Source of the DNA: Verrucomicrobiia bacterium | GTDB taxonomy: Bacteria > Verrucomicrobiota > Verrucomicrobiia > Limisphaerales > Palsa-1400 | Direction: 5' to 3' | Assembly: GCA_036501665.1 (NCBI GenBank) | Contig: DASXZW010000024.1 | Location: 1 to 27,895, forward strand | DNA length: 27,895 bases | In this document: positions 15,714 to 22,746 of the stretch, one piece after another | Position numbering within the stretch: position 1 is the stretch's first letter | Layout: every line of letters starts with the position of its first letter | The notes under the pieces: generated by a model | Told to the model about the DNA's origin: nothing | Databases searched by the model: none | The model's input: only the letters and a program-made list of their open reading frames with translations | Made by a program: the position numbers and the translations under genes

Positions 15714-17640
15714 GCTGGTCCACACTTACTTTTCGCTCCAGCGCCAAGCACAGTCAGGTGGTAGGCTTGGCACGATCCACTTCGGGAATGGAGGCAAGGT
15801 TCAGACCCCGGCTCTGTTCCCGGCCATTTGCATTATGACCGGCCCCCCCGGTTTTGGCCGTCAGGGCTCGCACTACAAGTACATCAAACGCATTATGTGC
15901 CGCGAGTGGCACCACAATCATTTCCTGACTGAGATCCTCCACTTTGCGGACTATATGGCGACAGCCAAATCATTGAATGCATGGCTGATCAAGCCATTCC
16001 ATCTCTGGATGGATGAAATGATGCGTGGCGGCAATGTGTCCAATCAGGACCAAGGCGATGATTTTGATTACGAACCGGGCCGGGCATACGAAGCCTGTTT
16101 TTTCCTCGACTCAGGCGGGTTTAAACTCCTTTCGAATAGTGATTTCAGCATTCAGAAATTCGGTTATGAAACCAGCCCAAAAAACATTCTCGACCTCCAG
16201 ACCCACATGGGCGGGGATATTATTGCGTCCCTCGACTACCCATTGGCCCCGTTGGATTATGATCATAAGACCCTGGCTCAATTGCAAAACAAGAGCCTCG
16301 ACAACGCCGTCTGGCTCCTTAAACAAATTGCCGACCGAGGTAGCAAAGGGCCGCGCCCTTTAGTTTACTTGGCGGTCCACGGCATAGATTGCGAATCTGC
16401 CCACGACTGCACTGAGCGCCTGCTGCAAAAACTCGACTCAGGAAATTTTCAATATGAGGCATTCGGATTCGCCATCGGCTCACTAGTGCCGCGCCGCAGC
16501 AATCGCGCTCTTGTTGCGAGTATTGTAAAAGGCGTCGTTGATGCAATCCACGATCATCACAACGGTCGTTATATCGAAAAGCCCGTCCATGCTTTCGGCA
16601 TGTCCGGAGACCTCATCCCGACCCTTACAATGCTCGGTGTGGACACCTTCGACACCAATGCCTTTGTCCAAGGTGGCAAAAATCTGCGGTATATCTTGCC
16701 CCCGCGAGGGGCAAACCTCTCCGTTCGTGAGACTAGGTCTATCGACGAACTTTCGTTGGATACCCTCCGCACATGCGGCTGTCGCGCCTGTACCAGATAC
16801 GAAAAACTTCTCAATCCATTTAAGCAACTAGCTCGCATGGAGAGAGACACTCGCCATAAAATTAAGGGGGTTGGCCGTCACCTGATCAAGTCCGAGATCT
16901 ACGCTTTCCTGGCGCTTCACAACCTCGAAACCGAATATCGGGAAATTGAGGCAGTAAAAGCCGAAATTCTGAACAACACTCTGCCAGCCTACGTCCGCTC
17001 TTACGCCGAGCGCGCCAATCACCGTGGAACTCTCATCCGGGCATACGAAGCCGCCACCGGTGAGTTCGTCCCCCGCACGACTGGCAGACGGGTTTCCCTG
17101 GAGCTTACGCGGGAATCTTTTGGCATCTCAGACACGTACCGCCCCCCAGAGGATAAAGAAATCCTGATTTTTCTGCCTTGCACAAAAGATAAACCTTATA
17201 GTAGCGCGCGCTCCCACCAGGCGATTCGCGGGGCGCTCAACAAAGACCCACGCATACACATTGTCACCATCTCTGGCCTCTATGGCCCTGTACCGGAAGA
17301 GTTGGAGCAGGAACCCGAAATCCTCCAATATGACTACGTTCTGTCACCCGAAGCGAAGGAGCAATCGAACGCCATCACGCGACGATTGAGCGAATATCTG
17401 AAGCGGTTCGGCACCCATTACAAGACCATCGTCGCTTACGTCACCACCCGCGCGTACCGTCACGTTGCAAAGCAAGCACTCCGGGCTTATGGACGTGGCG
17501 TGTTATTGCCCACGGCGCCAAAAGAACAAACATCCAAAGAATTTCTCCGATACGAGAATATTCGTGAGCTCCAGACAACTTTGGCACCACACATAGAAAC
17601 CTCAAAATCACTTGATGCATACCAAACCCTGAACACTTAA
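15706..17640 (+). CDS. dpdA: DNA-guanine transglycosylase-like TGT-family protein (DpdA-like) fused to a C-terminal ArcS/DUF5591-type domain
   Basis: TGT hallmarks:
- VQTPALFPA
- FFLDSGGFKLLS (compare TGT DSGGFQ)
- GFAIGSLVP
- HAFGMSGD...LGVDTFDT
- Zn site CGCRAC...LALHNLETEY

An extra ~180 aa follows, containing LPCTKDKPYSSARSH. The start at 15706 (MSRLVHTYF..) was chosen over 15544. Confidence 0.85.
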   Translation: MSRLVHTYFSLQRQAQSGGRLGTIHFGNGGKVQTPALFPAICIMTGPPGFGRQGSHYKYIKRIMCREWHHNHFLTEILHFADYMATAKSLNAWLIKPFHLWMDEMMRGGNVSNQDQGDDFDYEPGRAYEACFFLDSGGFKLLSNSDFSIQKFGYETSPKNILDLQTHMGGDIIASLDYPLAPLDYDHKTLAQLQNKSLDNAVWLLKQIADRGSKGPRPLVYLAVHGIDCESAHDCTERLLQKLDSGNFQYEAFGFAIGSLVPRRSNRALVASIVKGVVDAIHDHHNGRYIEKPVHAFGMSGDLIPTLTMLGVDTFDTNAFVQGGKNLRYILPPRGANLSVRETRSIDELSLDTLRTCGCRACTRYEKLLNPFKQLARMERDTRHKIKGVGRHLIKSEIYAFLALHNLETEYREIEAVKAEILNNTLPAYVRSYAERANHRGTLIRAYEAATGEFVPRTTGRRVSLELTRESFGISDTYRPPEDKEILIFLPCTKDKPYSSARSHQAIRGALNKDPRIHIVTISGLYGPVPEELEQEPEILQYDYVLSPEAKEQSNAITRRLSEYLKRFGTHYKTIVAYVTTRAYRHVAKQALRAYGRGVLLPTAPKEQTSKEFLRYENIRELQTTLAPHIETSKSLDAYQTLNT

Positions 17641-17678
17641 CGCCCAGCGTTTCTCAACGACGAAATAGAGGCTCCAGA

Positions 17679-17713
17679 AGCCCAGTTGCCCGAAAGGGAG
17701 CTGGGCTTTTTTT
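17679..17713 (+). terminator. Rho-independent terminator after dpdA
   Basis: AGCCCAGTTGCCC-GAAA-GGGAGCTGGGCT forms a 12-bp stem (one bulged G, one G-U pair) with a GAAA tetraloop. It is followed by seven T (17707..17713). Confidence 0.75.
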
Positions 17714-18112
17714 ATGGCAAAAACAATAGCGGATGTTGAAATCGTAGTACAACAGCAAGGCGAACAGGACAGAGTCTTTCGTGCCTCAGTTTCTCTGGAA
17801 GCAAAGCGTTCCTACACAGTTTCCATTCTGGGGCCAGAGGCCAATCCGGATATAACATCGCTGGACTCGGACTCTCAAGCCCCCGCAACCGCGCTCCTCG
17901 AGCAAAAACTGAAGCAGCTTGTCGATCAGTTCGACCCCACCATCGCCCTCGTCAAGATAACCAAGGACACACTCAACGTTTTGCCAAAAGTTACTTACCG
18001 CTGTGGTAACTGGCGCTGTCAAACCAAGCTGTTTGAATCCTGGGGCCTCGCGCCGGGCATTCGCATACTTTGCAAGAAGTGCAAGACCCTGCGAATTCCC
18101 AAAGTCGTCTAA
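17714..18112 (+). CDS. Hypothetical protein with a C-terminal zinc-ribbon (132 aa)
   Basis: C-terminal YRCGNWRCQ...ILCKKCKT gives Cx4C...Cx2C. The ATG abuts the terminator T-run with no SD, so the start and expression are uncertain. Confidence 0.5.
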   Translation: MAKTIADVEIVVQQQGEQDRVFRASVSLEAKRSYTVSILGPEANPDITSLDSDSQAPATALLEQKLKQLVDQFDPTIALVKITKDTLNVLPKVTYRCGNWRCQTKLFESWGLAPGIRILCKKCKTLRIPKVV

Positions 18113-18124
18113 GGAGGACGCACT

Positions 18125-19327
18125 ATGACCACACCTGACGAAACAGATGACTTCCTCGACAAATACCTGCCCACACAGTCCCCTCACGCGAATGAACTGA
18201 AGCGCAGCATCACTCTATGTAATGACGACCCGAAACTCCTTGACTGCATTCTAATCTTAGGCCCCACCGGATGTGGCAAGACGCGCCTAGCGAAAATCAT
18301 CGCTGCACATCGATGCTGGATAAACTTCAAAAAGCAGCATACGATCAAAAGCGAATACATTAAAGCGGAAAATTGGCGGGATCTCGAACTCAAGTGGCTA
18401 CAAGGATTCAACAGTATCCTTAGCGACTTCGGCGAGCCGTTCGAGTCGATTAACATCAGCAATGTGGAAGGTTTGGCGTTTGAGTCCGAACTCTTTGGCC
18501 ACGTTGCAGGGGCCTTTACCGACGCAAAAACAGAAAAGCCCGGATTGCTCGCCAGGCCACTTTTATGCGATGTGCTCATTGATGAGATAGGCAATGCTGA
18601 GATTCCTACACAGCGTAAATTGTTGCAGCTTCTTCAGGATAAAACTTACAGGAAAAAGGGCTGTACGACAAAACTTGACTGTGATGCTCGTTTACTTTTC
18701 GCCACCAACGTCAAGCCTGAGTTGCTCCTTCAGAGTAAAGCTCTCCAGGAGGATTTTTACTACCGCCTGTGCAACGGGATCATCCTTGAGATTCAGCCAC
18801 TCAAGAACAGAACCGAAGAGATTGAAGATATTTCCACATCTGTGCTTGACTTTTTAAAGTCAAAACTGCCTCCCCTTGATCCTCGTCTTTCCTGCTATTT
18901 ATCGCCGGATGATCTCACATTTGCGAAAACCTATACCTGGCCAGGTAACATAAGACAGTTGGAAGCGGCTCTCCGCAACTGGCTTGCTAATGTCAAATGG
19001 ACTCCCGCGGTCACACTACAGCAAATGGTCATTGCGAATGCCGAGAAGTACACCGCTTTGGTCCCTCCAGAGAAGATTTCTCTCAATTCAATTTTGGATT
19101 CATACGTGACCGCCCGTCTCAATTCAGCCGCAGCCGGGGAGAAAATACAATCCCTGACAGAGGAGGTAGCCCTCGTCAAAAGAACCGCAGAAACAATTTT
19201 CGCATCTCGCGTGTCGTCAGCCGGTCACACGAAGTCTGAAGCGACTCTTGGCAAAATATGCGCCAAGAACTCCACAAAGCATCTCAAACATATAAGACAA
19301 TGGATTGCTCGAAGAAAACCGAATTAG
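18125..19327 (+). CDS. Sigma-54-interaction-domain AAA+ protein (PspF-like, no N-terminal sensor domain), with a degenerate C-terminal Fis-type HTH
   Basis: bEBP motif set:
- GPTGCGKT (Walker A)
- ELFGHVAGAFTDA (GAFTGA-loop variant)
- VLIDEIG (Walker B)
- RLLFATN
- EDFYYRL
- PLKNRTEEIEDI
- YTWPGNIRQLEAAL

Strong AAGGAGG SD at 18111..18117. Confidence 0.85.
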   Translation: MTTPDETDDFLDKYLPTQSPHANELKRSITLCNDDPKLLDCILILGPTGCGKTRLAKIIAAHRCWINFKKQHTIKSEYIKAENWRDLELKWLQGFNSILSDFGEPFESINISNVEGLAFESELFGHVAGAFTDAKTEKPGLLARPLLCDVLIDEIGNAEIPTQRKLLQLLQDKTYRKKGCTTKLDCDARLLFATNVKPELLLQSKALQEDFYYRLCNGIILEIQPLKNRTEEIEDISTSVLDFLKSKLPPLDPRLSCYLSPDDLTFAKTYTWPGNIRQLEAALRNWLANVKWTPAVTLQQMVIANAEKYTALVPPEKISLNSILDSYVTARLNSAAAGEKIQSLTEEVALVKRTAETIFASRVSSAGHTKSEATLGKICAKNSTKHLKHIRQWIARRKPN

Positions 19328-19453
19328 TTGCTTATTGCGGCAATCCGATTGCGGATATGAGCAACTGTAGAATCAAAACAGAATGCTCTCATTGCGTCAT
19401 ATAGCACTAACCAACAACATGTTGCACATAAAGCTGCAACGACGGCCTGAATT

Positions 19454-19469
19454 TGGCATACCACTCGCA
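19454..19469 (+). promoter_or_regulatory. Candidate sigma-54 (-24/-12) promoter upstream of the PLD nuclease gene
   Basis: TGGCAT-ACCAC-TCGCA versus the consensus TGGCAC-N5-TTGCA. The GG and GC have correct spacing. The predicted start near 19480 abuts the ATG at 19481. Confidence 0.35.
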
Positions 19470-19480
19470 TCATCATCGCC

Positions 19481-20011
19481 ATGTTGAATGTTGGAATAAC
19501 GATTTGGAATCAACAGCTTCTCAATGATTTCCTGAGGGAGCTTGAGGCGGGCCCCCAATTGTTTGAGCAAGTCGTGCTCATCTCTCCCTTCGTCAATTTG
19601 TCGGCCACTTCCCGCATCGCCACACGTATTCGCCATCTGTCTGTTTCACTATTACGGCGTCGCGTGACACTTGAAATCGTTTCCGACCTCACCCGCGCAC
19701 GAGTCATGTCCTTCGTGAACTACCAGGCAGACGAGCCTCATTGTCCCAGTTTCCTGACCCTTTACCCAAAACTTCATTCCAAATGTGGGTACGCCGTCGC
19801 CAGAAACGGCGCTCATATCGCCTTCGCTGGGTCAGCAAACCTAACGGACGCAGCGCTGTCAAAAAATAAAGAATTGGTAATCGCGGTTAAGACCACACCC
19901 TCCCTCCCTGAGACGCAGAAAGTATTCAATCAAATAAAACAACAGGCAGACGAAATCCTGGCAGAATCCGTTGGCCCTGGCCACATCACGGCAAAAAGAA
20001 AGTGCTACTAA
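19481..20011 (+). CDS. Single-HKD phospholipase-D-family nuclease (Nuc-like)
   Basis: LHSKCGYAVARNGAHIAFAGSANLTDAAL (19775..19840) supplies H-x-K ... G-S-x-N of the HKD motif, but the spacing is longer than the canonical motif and the Asp is not obvious. The 176-aa size fits dimeric Nuc-type nucleases. Confidence 0.65.
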   Translation: MLNVGITIWNQQLLNDFLRELEAGPQLFEQVVLISPFVNLSATSRIATRIRHLSVSLLRRRVTLEIVSDLTRARVMSFVNYQADEPHCPSFLTLYPKLHSKCGYAVARNGAHIAFAGSANLTDAALSKNKELVIAVKTTPSLPETQKVFNQIKQQADEILAESVGPGHITAKRKCY

Positions 20012-20199
20012 AGCTCCTACATGACAATTGCACATCAGCTATGACACATGATAACACACGTTAACAACCGCTCTGCGCTCGCTCAACTTATCGCCATGCT
20101 CCTTTACCGTCGTCTTCCTCGACCTTCGACTGTCGTAGGCTGTACCAATAACCACACACACACTAACAACATCAACACCGGATCGCAATAGACAAACAT

Positions 20200-21336
20200 A
20201 TGAGTACTTTCACAAATTTCTATTTCCTAAAAAACAACCGCGCCAATTTCGAGTTGGACGTTCGGAAAGACGCCAAATTGGTTTTCGGATACACCAAACT
20301 GAAAGACCTTGTGGACTCCATGCTTGGCGACGCCACGATCAGTGGCACGCCCCCTAAGAGTTTCTGGTGGGGTCAGTACGGTTGTGGCAAAACCCATCAC
20401 TTGCATTACACCGAACAAACGATAAATGCAGTGATGCCATTTAGAGTAGTGCGTTTCGATCTCCCAGAAGTAACGAGCAAGAGTCTTTTCAATGATCTAC
20501 AACTGAACCTCGTGACTCGAATCGACTTAGCCTATTTCAGACCACTCCTCATTTCTCGCTACCAGGCTGACCTCACATGGCTGCAACACCTCTCAATTCC
20601 TCCGGACGTAAGGCAAGCCTTTAATACGATAATCAGTAACGAAATGCGAGCCTTAGAAGCGTGGCGGTTTTTGGCCGGCATAAAAACGGACGATCCAGGT
20701 GGCATAGGGGTAACAAAGAAACAACTCACAGAGGGTGAGGAATTTGCCGCCGCAATAGCTACCATCGCAGAGGTGATTCATTTGCAGGAAAACAAGATGT
20801 TGCTTTACCTAATCGATGAAGCTGAGGGGCTCAGCGCCGTCACCAATGCTGATTCACAGAAAAAGTGGGCACATTCTCTCCGCAAATGTCTCGACCTACG
20901 CGTGGGTTTCGTTTTAGCAATCGCTGCTGAAAAACAGCAATACATACCCGAAATCCTCCAGGCCCAAGAGGTCTGGCGACGCGTTGGAGACGACTACATC
21001 GTCGCTCTCCAGGCACTCCGCGTTCCCGAAATTGAAGGCTTTCTTCGTGGGCTTCTTCACGCTTTCATCGACGAACAGAAACTGATCGCCGCCGAGGGTG
21101 CTGGCACGTTCGCTAACTATCCCCTTTACGATAGGAGCACCTTTCCATTTACCCAAGAAGCTCTCACCGGCTATGCCAAGTACCTTGGCCACAATCAACA
21201 AAACTCGAAGCCATCTGAAATCCTAAAAAATCTTCAAAAGATTAGCCATGCGGCGGTTCGCGTTGATAAACGAGTAATCGACAAAGACTTCCTCACTACG
21301 GCAGGACCCGACGGCCAAAGTTGCTTTCACGACTAA
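20200..21336 (+). CDS. P-loop NTPase, BrxD/DUF2791-like (paralog 1)
   Basis: Walker A: FWWGQYGCGKTHHL. Walker B: LLYLIDEAEGL. It is the first gene of a six-gene coupled operon. Family assignment is from motif resemblance only. Confidence 0.7.
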   Translation: MSTFTNFYFLKNNRANFELDVRKDAKLVFGYTKLKDLVDSMLGDATISGTPPKSFWWGQYGCGKTHHLHYTEQTINAVMPFRVVRFDLPEVTSKSLFNDLQLNLVTRIDLAYFRPLLISRYQADLTWLQHLSIPPDVRQAFNTIISNEMRALEAWRFLAGIKTDDPGGIGVTKKQLTEGEEFAAAIATIAEVIHLQENKMLLYLIDEAEGLSAVTNADSQKKWAHSLRKCLDLRVGFVLAIAAEKQQYIPEILQAQEVWRRVGDDYIVALQALRVPEIEGFLRGLLHAFIDEQKLIAAEGAGTFANYPLYDRSTFPFTQEALTGYAKYLGHNQQNSKPSEILKNLQKISHAAVRVDKRVIDKDFLTTAGPDGQSCFHD

Positions 21337-21345
21337 GGACGACTT

Positions 21346-22746
21346 ATGAGTAAATATATTATCAATCCAACGATTCAGGGGGATGTGACGTTAGGTGAAG
21401 GCGACCGCAAGAGCACGATGTTCGTAGGGCGCCTAGCTGAGACTGGGGCGGTGCGAAACGTCTATCAAGACGTGTCTAAAGAGTTCGTCAGTATTATTAT
21501 TGGTCAACGCGGCAGTGGCAAAAGTTTCAGCCTTGGGTCGCAACTTGAAAGCCTATGCACCACAAACCGAGAATCCTCCATAGGGAAGCGGCAGGAGGAT
21601 CGAGGCGTCCTCCTTATTGATCCAAACGCCAATTTCTGGACGAGTGCCATGCCGCTGCGAAATGGTGACCACGCCCGCCTGAAAAGGCAGCATTCCTCCA
21701 TCTCCGGGTGGAAAATCGGCATAGATGATGTAGCCGTCCAGGTATGGACTCCGGCGGGTTGCCGCTCCAGTACCGATCATCTGTCTGTTCAAGAATATTT
21801 CTTTGATACATCCGATTTTCGTTGTGAGGAATGGGCCGAAATCCTGTCGCTTGACACGACTCAGGACCCTCGCGGTATGTTGCTTTCTGATCTTTACTAC
21901 AAACTACGAGTTTCCGGATGGCATGATGGTACTCGTCGAGTTGATCCAGCGTCCAGAGTGGATCTCGCAACTCTTGTCAATTGTTTGGAAAATGATTCCG
22001 ACATCAATACAGGCTCAGCCGGGTATCAAAAGAGCACAATCGCAGCTCTGAAAAAGGAATTGGTCTCCTTATCGCGCCGCCCATTATTCGCAAATGCAGG
22101 CACACCGCTCACGACACTTATCAAGCCAGGAGTATTCAGCATTATGATGCTTCCATATGAACTGGGTCGTGGTTTACGGTCGGTTCTCGCGAGGGTTATC
22201 ATCAGTAAAATGATGAGCCATCGACGGGAAGCGACTAAGTTGCAACAGAGGCTTGACTTCGAAGAGATGCCGGACGCGCACCGGCAGGATTTGCGCTCCA
22301 AAGTCCTGAACCTCATACCCAGGACGGTTTTGGCCATCGACGAGGCCCAAGAGTTGCTTGGAGAAGCTGGGGGAGTCGAGCGCGCTGTACTTGAAGATTA
22401 TTGTCTTCGCGGGCGCGGCTTTGGTCTGTCGATGATCCTCGCCACTCAGCGACCGGAGTCCAGCGCCCTAAGCTCCAAGGTCACCAGCCAAGCTGACACT
22501 TGGTACATTCACAGCCTCGGTTCGCAAGGCAACATATCTACCGTTTATGATAACCTGGTCGCTGCATTTCCAGAGACAGTTTCGGACGGTCGCCAAACGC
22601 TTGATTTCTTCAGCCTTCTCAGGTCCTTGAACACAGGGCAATCGCTCGTGGCCGCAAAATCCATGGAAACCGGTAACGGAGTGCGGCGTGCATTTGTCAT
22701 GGATACTCGCCCGCGTGTCCGAATTCACGGTGGTGATGCCTCATGA
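21346..22746 (+). CDS. HerA/FtsK-like (DUF87-type) ATPase
   Basis: Walker A: IIIGQRGSGKSF. Walker B: VLAIDEAQELL. GFGLSMILATQRPES is the ATQRP block typical of HerA/VirB4-class ATPases. AAGGA SD upstream. Confidence 0.78.
   Translation: MSKYIINPTIQGDVTLGEGDRKSTMFVGRLAETGAVRNVYQDVSKEFVSIIIGQRGSGKSFSLGSQLESLCTTNRESSIGKRQEDRGVLLIDPNANFWTSAMPLRNGDHARLKRQHSSISGWKIGIDDVAVQVWTPAGCRSSTDHLSVQEYFFDTSDFRCEEWAEILSLDTTQDPRGMLLSDLYYKLRVSGWHDGTRRVDPASRVDLATLVNCLENDSDINTGSAGYQKSTIAALKKELVSLSRRPLFANAGTPLTTLIKPGVFSIMMLPYELGRGLRSVLARVIISKMMSHRREATKLQQRLDFEEMPDAHRQDLRSKVLNLIPRTVLAIDEAQELLGEAGGVERAVLEDYCLRGRGFGLSMILATQRPESSALSSKVTSQADTWYIHSLGSQGNISTVYDNLVAAFPETVSDGRQTLDFFSLLRSLNTGQSLVAAKSMETGNGVRRAFVMDTRPRVRIHGGDAS

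Noticed and set aside
17786-18594. Minus-strand ORFs 17786..18187 and 18184..18594
   Set aside because: They are antisense to the Zn-ribbon ORF and to the AAA+ gene with its full bEBP motif set. They are shadow frames.
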